The notes under the pieces: model-generated
What the model saw: the letters and a program-made list of their open reading frames with translations, nothing else
What the model was told of the DNA's origin: nothing
Database searches by the model: none
Shown: piece after piece, positions 8,039-17,416 of the stretch
Numbering within the stretch: the first letter of the stretch is position 1
Layout of the letters: each line of letters opens with the position of its first letter
DNA from: an uncultured Oscillospiraceae bacterium
GTDB taxonomy: Bacteria; Bacillota; Clostridia; Oscillospirales; Oscillospiraceae
Assembly: GCA_944387635.1 (NCBI GenBank)
Contig: CALXFT010000002.1
Location: 8,619 to 72,618, forward strand
Length of the DNA stretch: 64,000 bases
Reading direction: 5' to 3'
Translations under genes and position numbers: made by a program

Positions 8039-10321
8039 ATGGGCAAACCGAGTAATCTAGTGATCGTGGAGTCCCCCTCCAAAGCGAAGACCATCGGCCG
8101 ATATCTGGGGCCGGACTATACCGTCAAAGCCAGTATGGGACATCTTCGTGACCTGCCCAAGAGCAAGATGGGTGTGGATCTGGAGAACAATTTCACCCCT
8201 CAATATATCCCCGTCCGGGGAAAAGAAGCGCTGATTAAAGAGCTGAAGGCCGACGCGGCCCAGGCCCAGACCGTCTATCTGGCAACGGACCCTGACCGGG
8301 AAGGCGAGGCCATTTCCTGGCATCTGAAGGAGCTTCTGAACCTGCCCGACGAGAAGGTCCGGCGGGTCACCTTCAACGAAATCACCCAGAAGGTGGTCCG
8401 GGAATCCATTCAGCACCCCCGGGACATTGACTATGACCTGGTGAACGCCCAGCAGGCCCGGCGAATCCTGGACCGGATCGTGGGTTACCAGCTGTCCCCC
8501 CTGCTGTGGAAGAAGATCCGCCGGGGCCTGTCCGCGGGGCGGGTCCAGAGCGTGGCCACCCGGCTGGTGGTGGACCGGGAGAATGAGATCCGGGCCTTCC
8601 AGCCCAAGGAGTACTGGTCCCTGGATGTGGACCTGAACCGGGTGGGCAAGCCCGGCTCCTTTACCGCCCATTACTGGGGCGAGGAGAAAAAGCGGGAGCT
8701 GGAGAACGAGGAGCAGGCTCTGGAGGTGATCCGGGATATCACCGGCCGGGCGTTCACGGTTACCAATGTGAAGAAGGCGGAGAAAAAGCGGTCCGCCGCC
8801 CCTCCCTTCACCACATCCACCCTGCAGCAGGAGGCCTCCCGGAAGCTGGGCTTTACCCCCCGGAAGACCATGATGATCGCCCAGCAGCTCTATGAAGGCA
8901 TAGAGGTAGAGGGCGAAGGCACCACCGGTCTGATCACCTATATGCGTACTGACTCCCTGCGCCTGTCCGACGAGGCCATGGACGCCGCCGCCGCCTTCAT
9001 TCGAGGCCGCTACGGCGAGAGCTACTACTACGGCAAGCATCACGTGTTCAAGACCAAGTCCGGCGCCCAGGACGCCCACGAAGCCATCCGTCCCAGCCAT
9101 GTGGAGCTGGAGCCGGAACGGGTTCGAAGCAGCCTGACCCCGGATCAGTATAAACTTTACAAGCTCATCTGGAGCCGGTTCCTGGCCACCCAGATGGCCA
9201 GCGCCGTCTACGACACCGTGTCCATCGACACCGAGTGCGCCGGCCATGTGTTCCGGGCCAGCCATCAGAGCATGCGCTTTCCCGGATTCATCGCCGTCTA
9301 CGAGGAGGGACGGGACGATGAGGGAGAGGTCCTGGGTTCGGCTCTGCCGGATCTGGCGGCGGGGGACCAGGCCCTTTCCACGGGTATCCGGAAGGAGCAG
9401 CACTTCACCCAGCCTCCGGCCCGGTATACCGAGGCCACCCTGGTCAAGGCCATGGAGGAAAAGGGCATCGGCCGGCCTTCTACCTACGCTGCCACCATCT
9501 CCACCATTGAGGACCGGGACTACGTGGTCAAGCAGGACAAGCGTCTGGCGCCCACCCCCCTGGGCGAGATCGTCACGGGTTTGATGATGGAGCGGTTCAA
9601 CGACATCATCGACGTGGAATTCACCGCCAACATGGAAAACCGCCTGGACGCCGTTGAAGAGGGCAAACAGTCCTGGCAGGCGCTGCTGGCGGAGTTTTAC
9701 GGCGATTTCCATAAGGAGCTGACCGACGCGGAGCAGGCCCTGGAAGGGGTCCGGCTGAAGGTCCCCGAGGAGGAGACCGACGAGGTCTGTGAGCTCTGCG
9801 GCCGGAAGATGGTCATCAAAATGGGCCGCTTCGGCAAGTTCCTGGCCTGTCCCGGATTTCCGGACTGCCGGAACACCAAGGCCCTGGTGGAGCGGATGCC
9901 CGGCCGGTGTCCCAGGTGCGGCAGCGGCATGCTCAAGCGCAAGTCCAAGAAGGGCTACGCCTACTATGCCTGCGAGAAGGGCGCCGAGTGCGGCTTCATG
10001 ACCTGGGACGTACCCACGGCGGAGGACTGCCCGGAGTGCGGCCAGACCATGTTCAAAAAGTCCGGCAAGGGCAGAAACAAGCCCTTCTGCATCAACGAAA
10101 GCTGCAGCCGCTTCCTGCCTGAAGACCAGCGGGGCTACTACCGGAAGAAAAAATCCGGCGGGGAGGCCCAGGAATCCGCGGAGGAGGGCATCGTTCTGGG
10201 CGGCGAGCCGGAGGAGAAGGCTCCGGCCAGGAAGACTGCGGCCAAAAAGACCGCGAAGACCACAAAGACCGCCAAGACCGCCAAGGCCGCGGTAAAGAAG
10301 GCCAAGACGAAGGAGACCTGA
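8039..10321 (+). CDS. topA: DNA topoisomerase I
   Basis: IVESPSKAKTI, LATDPDREGEAI, SAGRVQS, catalytic ITYMRTDS; three C4 zinc ribbons. Confidence 0.97.
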   Translation: MGKPSNLVIVESPSKAKTIGRYLGPDYTVKASMGHLRDLPKSKMGVDLENNFTPQYIPVRGKEALIKELKADAAQAQTVYLATDPDREGEAISWHLKELLNLPDEKVRRVTFNEITQKVVRESIQHPRDIDYDLVNAQQARRILDRIVGYQLSPLLWKKIRRGLSAGRVQSVATRLVVDRENEIRAFQPKEYWSLDVDLNRVGKPGSFTAHYWGEEKKRELENEEQALEVIRDITGRAFTVTNVKKAEKKRSAAPPFTTSTLQQEASRKLGFTPRKTMMIAQQLYEGIEVEGEGTTGLITYMRTDSLRLSDEAMDAAAAFIRGRYGESYYYGKHHVFKTKSGAQDAHEAIRPSHVELEPERVRSSLTPDQYKLYKLIWSRFLATQMASAVYDTVSIDTECAGHVFRASHQSMRFPGFIAVYEEGRDDEGEVLGSALPDLAAGDQALSTGIRKEQHFTQPPARYTEATLVKAMEEKGIGRPSTYAATISTIEDRDYVVKQDKRLAPTPLGEIVTGLMMERFNDIIDVEFTANMENRLDAVEEGKQSWQALLAEFYGDFHKELTDAEQALEGVRLKVPEEETDEVCELCGRKMVIKMGRFGKFLACPGFPDCRNTKALVERMPGRCPRCGSGMLKRKSKKGYAYYACEKGAECGFMTWDVPTAEDCPECGQTMFKKSGKGRNKPFCINESCSRFLPEDQRGYYRKKKSGGEAQESAEEGIVLGGEPEEKAPARKTAAKKTAKTTKTAKTAKAAVKKAKTKET

Positions 10322-10323
10322 GC

Positions 10324-11628
10324 ATGGAAGTAAAGGTAGTGGGCGCGGGCCTGGCCGGATGCGAAGCCGCCTGGCAGCTGGCAAACCGGGGCCTGAAGGT
10401 AACGCTCTGTGAGATGAAGCCCAGGAAAATGAGTCCTGCCCATCACAGCCCGGATTTTGCCGAGCTGGTGTGCTCCAACTCCCTCCGGGGCGACCGGCTG
10501 GAGAATGCGGTGGGGCTGCTGAAAGAGGAGCTGCGCCGCTGCGGCAGTCTGATCCTGGCCTGCGCCGAGGCCACCCGGGTGGAGGCCGGCGGCTGCCTGG
10601 CCGTGGACCGGCAGGGCTTCTCCCGGATGGTCACGGAGAAAATCCGCAGCCATCCGGGCATCACCGTGGTGGAAGAGGAAGTGACCAGGGTCCCCCAGGG
10701 GCCGGTAATCATTGCCACGGGTCCGCTGACCTCCGACGCCCTGTCCCAGGACATCGCGCGCCACTTCGGCCAGGCGGAATATCTGCACTTCTTTGATGCC
10801 GCCGCCCCTCTGGTGAGCGCGGAGTCCATAGACATGGACCTGGCCTGGTGGCAGTCCCGGTATGACCGGGGCACGGCGGACTACATCAACTGCGCCATGG
10901 ACAAGGAGCGCTACGAGGCCTTTGTCCGGGAACTGACCCAGGCCCAGGAGGCCGAGGTCCACGGATTTGAGGATAAGAACGTATTCGAAGGCTGCATGCC
11001 CGTGGAGGTCATGGCCCGGCGGGGCATGGACACCCTGCGCTACGGTCCGCTGAAGCCTGTGGGCCTGACGGACCCCAGGACCGGCAGGGAGCCCTATGCC
11101 GTGGTCCAGCTGCGCCAGGACAACGCGGCCAAGAGCGTTTACAACATGGTGGGCTTCCAGACCCATCTGAAGTTCGGGGAACAGAAGCGGGTGTTCTCCA
11201 TGATCCCGGCGCTGCGCAATGCCGAGTTTGTCCGCTACGGCGTTATGCACCGCAATACCTTCCTCCAGAGCCCCAAGCTCCTGGACCGGTACTATGCCGA
11301 CCGGCGGGACCCTCTGGTGGCCTTCGCCGGACAGATGACCGGCGTGGAGGGGTATGTGGAGTCCACAGCCTCCGGGTATCTGGCGGCGGTGGCCATGGCG
11401 GCAAAGGTTCGGGGACTGCCCGTGCCGGACTTCCCCAAGACCACGGCCATCGGCGCCCTGGGATGGTACATCAGCGATGAGAGCATCGAGCATTTCCAGC
11501 CCATGAACATCAATTTCAGCATCATCGCCCCGCTGGAGAAGCGGATTCGGAAAAAAGCGGAAAAAAATATGGCCATTGCCCAGCGGTCCCTTCAGGTGAT
11601 CGACGGGCTGCTGGCAAATGGCATCTGA
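10324..11628 (+). CDS. trmFO: Folate/FAD-dependent tRNA m5U54 methyltransferase
   Basis: VVGAGLAGCEAAWQ, AELVCSNS, YFEGCMP-like VFEGCMPVE, VRYGVMHRNT, GQMTGVEGYVES; follows topA as in other Firmicutes. Confidence 0.95.
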   Translation: MEVKVVGAGLAGCEAAWQLANRGLKVTLCEMKPRKMSPAHHSPDFAELVCSNSLRGDRLENAVGLLKEELRRCGSLILACAEATRVEAGGCLAVDRQGFSRMVTEKIRSHPGITVVEEEVTRVPQGPVIIATGPLTSDALSQDIARHFGQAEYLHFFDAAAPLVSAESIDMDLAWWQSRYDRGTADYINCAMDKERYEAFVRELTQAQEAEVHGFEDKNVFEGCMPVEVMARRGMDTLRYGPLKPVGLTDPRTGREPYAVVQLRQDNAAKSVYNMVGFQTHLKFGEQKRVFSMIPALRNAEFVRYGVMHRNTFLQSPKLLDRYYADRRDPLVAFAGQMTGVEGYVESTASGYLAAVAMAAKVRGLPVPDFPKTTAIGALGWYISDESIEHFQPMNINFSIIAPLEKRIRKKAEKNMAIAQRSLQVIDGLLANGI

Positions 11629-11646
11629 CAGAAAGAGGTGGAGCAG

Positions 11647-12672
11647 TTGAAAATCATTGTTGACGCAATGGGGGGTGACAACGCCCCGGAGGCCGCTGTT
11701 CTGGGAGCCATCGACGCGGCCAAGACCTATGGCGCGGAGATCACCCTGGTGGGACGGGGGCCGGCCATTCTGGAGGTCATGGAGAAGCACGGCATTGAAA
11801 ACCTGCCCGCCGGTATGGAGATCGCCCATGCCGACGATGTGGTGGATATGCACGATGACCCCGGCTCCGTGATCCACAAGCGGAAGAACTCTTCCATGAT
11901 CCTGGGCCTGAAAATGCTCGCTGACGGCCAGGGTGACGCCTTCGTCAGCGCCGGTTCCACCGGCGCGCTGCTGACCGGCGCGACCCTGATCGTCAAACGG
12001 GTGCGGGGCATCCGCCGGGCGGCCATGGCGCCCTCCATGCCCACCAAGACCGGCGGCCGGATCATCATCTGCGACTGCGGCGCCAACGCTGAGTGCACGG
12101 CGGAGTTCCTGCTTCAGTTCGGCCTGGTGGCGTCGGCCTATGCCCAGAATGTTCTGGGAATCGAGAAGCCCCGGGTGGGCCTGCTGAACATCGGCAGCGA
12201 GGAGGGCAAGGGTACCCAGCTGCAGAAGGACGCCTACGTCCTGCTCAAGGACGCGGCGGACAAGGGCCTGATTCATTTCACGGGCAACGTGGAGGCCCGG
12301 GATGTGCCGCTGGGGGCGGTGGATGTGGTGGTCTGCGACGGCTTCAACGGCAATGTGCTGATCAAGTCCATTGAGGGTACCGCCATGTTTATGGGAAGCC
12401 TGCTGAAGAAGGTCTTCAAGAAGAATGCCCTGACCAAGGCCGGCTACCTTCTGTGCAAGTCCGGCGTCGGCGAATTGATGAAGATGCTCGACTACCGGGA
12501 GATCGGCGGAACCCAGTTCCTGGGAATCCAGAAGCCGGTGATCAAGGCCCACGGCTCCTCGGACGCTCTGGCCTTCCGCAACGCGGTAAAGCAGGCCATG
12601 ACCGCTGCTCAGGGGAATTTTACGGCCCAGCTGGAGAAGAGTCTGGCGGCCATGAAGGAGACGAAACCATGA
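11647..12672 (+). CDS. plsX: Phosphate acyltransferase PlsX
   Basis: IIVDAMGGDNAP, SAGSTGA, DCGANA, LLNIGSEEGKG, KAHGSS; TTG start at 11647 (GTG at 11638 is an alternative). Confidence 0.95.
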   Translation: MKIIVDAMGGDNAPEAAVLGAIDAAKTYGAEITLVGRGPAILEVMEKHGIENLPAGMEIAHADDVVDMHDDPGSVIHKRKNSSMILGLKMLADGQGDAFVSAGSTGALLTGATLIVKRVRGIRRAAMAPSMPTKTGGRIIICDCGANAECTAEFLLQFGLVASAYAQNVLGIEKPRVGLLNIGSEEGKGTQLQKDAYVLLKDAADKGLIHFTGNVEARDVPLGAVDVVVCDGFNGNVLIKSIEGTAMFMGSLLKKVFKKNALTKAGYLLCKSGVGELMKMLDYREIGGTQFLGIQKPVIKAHGSSDALAFRNAVKQAMTAAQGNFTAQLEKSLAAMKETKP

Positions 12673-13355
12673 TCAAAGATCTGGAAACCGCCATCGGTTA
12701 CCGGTTCAAAAATCTCACCTTGCTCCAGAACGCCCTGACCCACTCCTCCTACGCCAACGAACGCTGGCACAACGGACTTCTGAGCAACGAACGGCTGGAA
12801 TTTCTGGGCGACAGCGTTCTGGGCATGCTGGTGGCGGAGTACCTGTTCCGCAGCTTTCCGGACCGGCCCGAGGGGGAGCTGACCCGAATGCGGGCGGACA
12901 TGGTTTGCGAAAAGACCCTGGCCGCCGCCGCCAACCGCATCGGCCTGGGCGGGTATCTCATGCTGGGCCACGGCGAGGAGCAGAGCGGCGGCCGGTACCG
13001 GGATTCCATCCTGGCAGACGCCGTGGAGTCCGTGATCGCCGCCTGCTTTCTTGACGGCGGAATCTCGGCGGCTCTGAGCTTCGTTCAGAAGTTCATTCTG
13101 GTGGAGGTCCCCGTAAAGGGCCTGCACAATGTCGACTATAAGACCCGGCTCCAGGAACTGGTCCAGCAGAAGAAAAACCAGACCCTTACCTATCAGCTGG
13201 TGGGCCAGTCCGGCCCGGACCACGACAAGCACTTTGACGTGGAGGTGTCCCTCAACGGCAAGGTGGTAGGCTGCGGCTCCGGCAGCAGCAAAAAGCGGGC
13301 GGAGCAGGACGCCGCCCGGGAGGCTGTGGCGGCGCTGTTCCCCGACCGCAAGTAA
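12669..13355 (+). CDS. rnc: Ribonuclease III
   Basis: NERLEFLGDSVLG signature and dsRBD (DYKTRLQE, GSSKKRAEQ). Confidence 0.97.
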   Translation: MIKDLETAIGYRFKNLTLLQNALTHSSYANERWHNGLLSNERLEFLGDSVLGMLVAEYLFRSFPDRPEGELTRMRADMVCEKTLAAAANRIGLGGYLMLGHGEEQSGGRYRDSILADAVESVIAACFLDGGISAALSFVQKFILVEVPVKGLHNVDYKTRLQELVQQKKNQTLTYQLVGQSGPDHDKHFDVEVSLNGKVVGCGSGSSKKRAEQDAAREAVAALFPDRK

Positions 13356-13444
13356 GGCCGGAGCGGCCATTGTCAGAATTCCGTTGCCCGGCGGCATGCC
13401 GCCGGGCATTCCTGCGGGCAGTTTTGGGCTGTTTCCGCTTTTTC

Positions 13445-13473
13445 TTGACAAAAATACCCAAATCCGATATTAT
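13445..13473 (+). promoter_or_regulatory. SigA promoter for the kinase gene
   Basis: TTGACA-17-TATTAT. Confidence 0.75.
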
Positions 13474-13528
13474 CTATGGGAATGACCCTGCGTCGGAGGG
13501 CGCGGCGGGGCCGAAAGGAGAGAATCCC

Positions 13529-14617
13529 TTGGATCTGAGACAGAAACTGCTGGAGGTCAGCAGGCAATTCCGCATTGAATATGAATACTTAGGTTACGAG
13601 ACCATTCAGACCGGCAACGTAAACCATACCTATAAAGTCAACTTCCTGCTTCCGGAAGGGCAGCCCAAGTCCTTCCTGGTGCAGAACGTCAACACCTTCG
13701 CCTTCCGCAACCCTGTGGGGCTCATGGAGAACATCGACAAGGTTACCGAGCACATCCGCCGGAAGAAGCCGGGCCAGCTGGCGCTGCACTTTCACCACAC
13801 TGCCGACCGCAAGACCTATGTGGCCGACGGGGAGAACTTCTGGAGAATGACCAATTATGTCCCCTCGGTGACCTTCGACAACGTAGCCGACCTGGACGTG
13901 GTCCGCAACGCCGGCAAGGCCTTCGGCGAGTTCCAGATGGACCTTTCCGACTTTGACATCACCGAGCTGACGGAGACCATCCCCGGCTTCCACAACACCC
14001 GGCAGCGGTATCGGGCCCTGCGCGACGCCATTGCCGCCGACCGGGTGGGGCGGGTGAAGACGGCGGCTCCGGAGATCGACTACCTGCTGTCCATTGAGGA
14101 CGTGGCCTGTTCCCTGACCGACCTCCAGGCGGCCGGGAAGCTGCCCCTGCGGGTGACCCACAACGACACCAAGATCAACAACGTCTTGTTCGATCCGAAG
14201 ACCAAGGAGGCCAAGATCGTCATCGATCTGGACACGGTCATGCCCGGCCTCATGGGCCACGACTTCGGCGACGCCATTCGCTTCGCCGCCAACCGGGTGG
14301 CCGAGGACTGCCCGGAGGCGGACAGGGCCGGGGTGGATCTTGAGGTCTTCCGGGCCTTTGCCGAGGGCTTCCTGTCCAAAACCGCCGGGACCATGACCGT
14401 ACTGGAGCGCGAGACCCTGCCGGTCAGCTGCCTGTGCCTGACCGCGGAGCTGGCGGCCCGCTTCCTGACGGACTACTTAGACGGCGACCGGTATTTCAAG
14501 GTTCTGTCCGCGGACCACAACATGGTCCGCACCCGCTGCCAGATGGCGCTTGCCCGGGATATGCTGGGACAGATGGAGGAAATGAAGCAGATTGTCCGCC
14601 AATGCGCCGGACAGTGA
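13529..14617 (+). CDS. APH/choline-kinase-fold phosphotransferase, N-acetylhexosamine 1-kinase (NahK/MdsC)-like
   Basis: RVTHNDTKINNVLFD and VIDLDTVMPG motifs; TTG start after GAAAGGAG. Confidence 0.75.
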   Translation: MDLRQKLLEVSRQFRIEYEYLGYETIQTGNVNHTYKVNFLLPEGQPKSFLVQNVNTFAFRNPVGLMENIDKVTEHIRRKKPGQLALHFHHTADRKTYVADGENFWRMTNYVPSVTFDNVADLDVVRNAGKAFGEFQMDLSDFDITELTETIPGFHNTRQRYRALRDAIAADRVGRVKTAAPEIDYLLSIEDVACSLTDLQAAGKLPLRVTHNDTKINNVLFDPKTKEAKIVIDLDTVMPGLMGHDFGDAIRFAANRVAEDCPEADRAGVDLEVFRAFAEGFLSKTAGTMTVLERETLPVSCLCLTAELAARFLTDYLDGDRYFKVLSADHNMVRTRCQMALARDMLGQMEEMKQIVRQCAGQ

Positions 14618-14623
14618 ATATAG

Positions 14624-14652
14624 ACCGCCCGGGATCTATCCCGGGCGGTTTT
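14624..14652 (+). terminator. Intrinsic terminator after the kinase gene
   Basis: ACCGCCCGGGA-tcta-TCCCGGGCGGT plus TTT. Confidence 0.8.
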
Positions 14653-14735
14653 CGGATTGTGGAAAAAATGACAGGATTATTCGGAAAATCCGGGGGCTTT
14701 TTCCCCGCTCTTGACGGTTTTCAGGGAAAAGCCCC

Positions 14736-14764
14736 TTGCTGTATTTGGGATATTGTGTTATAAT
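14736..14764 (+). promoter_or_regulatory. SigA promoter of glycan operon 1
   Basis: TTGCTG-17-TATAAT with TGn. Confidence 0.75.
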
Positions 14765-14869
14765 ATAATGCAATGTGTATTCGTGGGACAGGCCCTGAGG
14801 TTTTGCGGGGACGTCCGGTTTCCTTTTCAAGCGGCGGACCGGGTCCCTTGTTGATGAGGTGAGAAAACC

Positions 14870-16768
14870 ATGTTTTTTCAGAATCAGAATTTGAAAAAAC
14901 CGACGAAGTCCATGATGAATTCCGCTTCCAAGGTGGTCCTGATCGCGCTGCTGGATGTGCTGGCCACGGCGGTGTCCTTTTTCCTGGGCCTGTGGTTCCG
15001 GGCGGATTTCGCCTTTGAGAACATCCAGTCGGCCCATATGGCCGGATTCCTCTCCGCCATCGGCCCTTGGTGCGCCATTACCGTGGCGGTCTTTGCCTGC
15101 TTCCGGCTGTACAGCAGTATCTGGGCCTTTGTCAGCACCTCGGAAGTTTTCCGCATTGTGGGGGCCTATATCGTGCTGGCGGTGCTGGGCGTACTGCTGT
15201 TTCACTTCGACGGCGTGCTCATGCCCCGGTCCAGTATGGTGATGGGTTTTCTGATGAGCTTCGTGTGCACCGTGTGCATCCGGTTTTCCTACCGCCTGTG
15301 GCTGACGGCCTGGCGGAAGATCAGCCACGCGGCCCACGCTTCGGGCCTGAAAAACGTCATGCTCATCGGCGCGGGCGACGCGGGCCGGGCTCTGGCCATG
15401 GAGTTTGCCAACAGCGACTATATCCGGGACCATCTGGCCTGCGTCATTGACGACAACCCGGTGAAGCTGGGCAAGCGGCTGTGCGGCGCGCCCATTGTGG
15501 GCAACCGCTACGACATCCCCGCGGCGGTGAAGCGGCACAAGATCAGCAAAATCTTCTTCGCCATTCCCTCGTGTCCGGCCAAGGACCGCAAGGAGATCCT
15601 GGACATCTGCACCACCACTGGCTGTGAGGTGATGATGCTCCCGGGCATGTTTCAGATGGTCAACGGCGACGTCAGCGTCAGTCAGCTGCGGCAGGTGGAC
15701 CCCCAGGACCTGCTGGGGCGGGACCCCATCAAGGTCAATCTGGATGAGATCATCGACTACATCTGCGGGAAGGTGGTCATGGTTACCGGCGGCGGCGGCA
15801 GCATCGGCAGAGAGCTGTGCCGTCAGATTGCCAGTGCCCATCCCAAGCAGCTGATTATCTTTGAGATCTACGAAAACAACGCCTACGACATCCAGATGGA
15901 GCTGCGCCGCAACTTCCCGGATCTGAACCTGGAGGTGCTCATCGGCTCCGTCCGCAACACCAACCGGGTCAACGATGTGGTGGGCGCCTACCGGCCGGAC
16001 CTGATCTTCCACGCGGCGGCTCACAAGCATGTGCCGCTCATGGAGCAGAGTCCCAACGAGGCCATTAAGAACAACGTGCTAGGCACTTATAAACTGGCGC
16101 GGGCGGCGGCAAACTACCATGTCAAGCGATTTGTCCAGATCTCCACAGACAAGGCGGTGAACCCCACCAATATTATGGGCGCGTCCAAGCGGCTGTGCGA
16201 GATGGTGGTGCAGATGATGAACCGGGAGTCCGACACGGAGTTCGTGGCCGTGCGCTTCGGCAATGTGCTGGGCAGCAACGGCAGCGTGATCCCCCTGTTC
16301 AAGAAGCAGATCGAAGCCGGCGGTCCCGTCACCGTGACCCACCCGGATATCATCCGCTACTTCATGACCATTCCCGAGGCGGTGAGCCTGGTGCTCCAGG
16401 CGGGGTACTACGCCAAGGGCGGCGAGATTTTCGTCCTGGACATGGGCGAGCCGGTGAAGATCGACACCATGGCCCGGAACATGATCCGCCTCAGCGGCCT
16501 GGAGCCGGATGTGGATATCAAGATTGTGTATACCGGCCTGCGGCCCGGCGAGAAGCTCTATGAGGAACTTCTGATGAAGGAAGAGGGCATGCAGGAGACG
16601 GCCAACCGGCTGATCCACATCGGCAAGCCCATTGAAATGGACGACGAACTGTTCAAACAGCAGCTGGCCGAGCTGGAAGCGGCCAGCAAGGCCGAGTCCG
16701 CGGACATCAAGCGGATCGTAGCCAGGATTGTGCCGACCTACCAGGTCCAAGAGGAAGAGAAGGTATAA
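14870..16768 (+). CDS. PglF/CapD-like membrane-bound UDP-GlcNAc 4,6-dehydratase
   Basis: N-terminal TM segments, IGAGDAG, VTGGGGSIG, HAAAHKHVP, ISTDKAVNP, MGASKR, VRFGNVLGSNGSV. Confidence 0.9.
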   Translation: MFFQNQNLKKPTKSMMNSASKVVLIALLDVLATAVSFFLGLWFRADFAFENIQSAHMAGFLSAIGPWCAITVAVFACFRLYSSIWAFVSTSEVFRIVGAYIVLAVLGVLLFHFDGVLMPRSSMVMGFLMSFVCTVCIRFSYRLWLTAWRKISHAAHASGLKNVMLIGAGDAGRALAMEFANSDYIRDHLACVIDDNPVKLGKRLCGAPIVGNRYDIPAAVKRHKISKIFFAIPSCPAKDRKEILDICTTTGCEVMMLPGMFQMVNGDVSVSQLRQVDPQDLLGRDPIKVNLDEIIDYICGKVVMVTGGGGSIGRELCRQIASAHPKQLIIFEIYENNAYDIQMELRRNFPDLNLEVLIGSVRNTNRVNDVVGAYRPDLIFHAAAHKHVPLMEQSPNEAIKNNVLGTYKLARAAANYHVKRFVQISTDKAVNPTNIMGASKRLCEMVVQMMNRESDTEFVAVRFGNVLGSNGSVIPLFKKQIEAGGPVTVTHPDIIRYFMTIPEAVSLVLQAGYYAKGGEIFVLDMGEPVKIDTMARNMIRLSGLEPDVDIKIVYTGLRPGEKLYEELLMKEEGMQETANRLIHIGKPIEMDDELFKQQLAELEAASKAESADIKRIVARIVPTYQVQEEEKV

Positions 16769-16792
16769 TCACCAGGCGAAGGGGAGAGAGGT

Positions 16793-17416
16793 ATGTATCA
16801 GAAGTTTGGAAAGCGGCTGCTGGATATCATCCTGTCCGGCTGCGGCATTGTGGTGCTGGCGCCGGTGTATCTGATTGTGGCGGCGGCCATCAAGCTGGAC
16901 GATCCGGGGCCGGTGTTTTTCAGCCAGAAGCGGGTGGGGATTCACAAAACCCACTTTCGGATTCTGAAATTCCGGACCATGAAAATGGAGACCCCCCGGG
17001 ATACGCCTACCCATCTGCTGGAGAACCCTGAGCGCTATATCACCCGGGTGGGCCGCATCCTGCGCAAGACCTCTCTGGACGAGCTGCCCCAGATCTTCCA
17101 GATCTTCACCGGGAAGATGTCCGTCATCGGACCCCGGCCCGCCCTGTGGAATCAGTTTGACCTGATCGAGGAGCGGGACAAGTACGGCGCCAACGACGTG
17201 CGGCCCGGACTGACAGGCTGGGCTCAGATCAACGGCCGGGACGAGCTGCCCATCGATGTAAAGGCCCGCTACGACGGCGAGTATGTGAAGAACCTGAGCT
17301 TCTTGTTTGACTGCAAGTGCTTCTTCGGAACCATCCGGTCGGTGCTCAGACACGACGGCGTGGTGGAGGGCGGCACAGGCCAGCTGGAAAAGCAGAGGCG
17401 GGAGGACGGCCGATGA
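16793..17416 (+). CDS. Priming phosphoglycosyltransferase (PglC/WciI/Cap5M-like)
   Basis: KRLLDI, KFRTM, RKTSLDELPQ, GPRP, PGLTGWAQINGR. Confidence 0.9.
   Translation: MYQKFGKRLLDIILSGCGIVVLAPVYLIVAAAIKLDDPGPVFFSQKRVGIHKTHFRILKFRTMKMETPRDTPTHLLENPERYITRVGRILRKTSLDELPQIFQIFTGKMSVIGPRPALWNQFDLIEERDKYGANDVRPGLTGWAQINGRDELPIDVKARYDGEYVKNLSFLFDCKCFFGTIRSVLRHDGVVEGGTGQLEKQRREDGR

Noticed and set aside
14724-14733. GGGAAAAGCC recurring near several promoters (also about 49432 and 59481)
   Set aside because: Position relative to -35/-10 is inconsistent and complexity is low; likely compositional.
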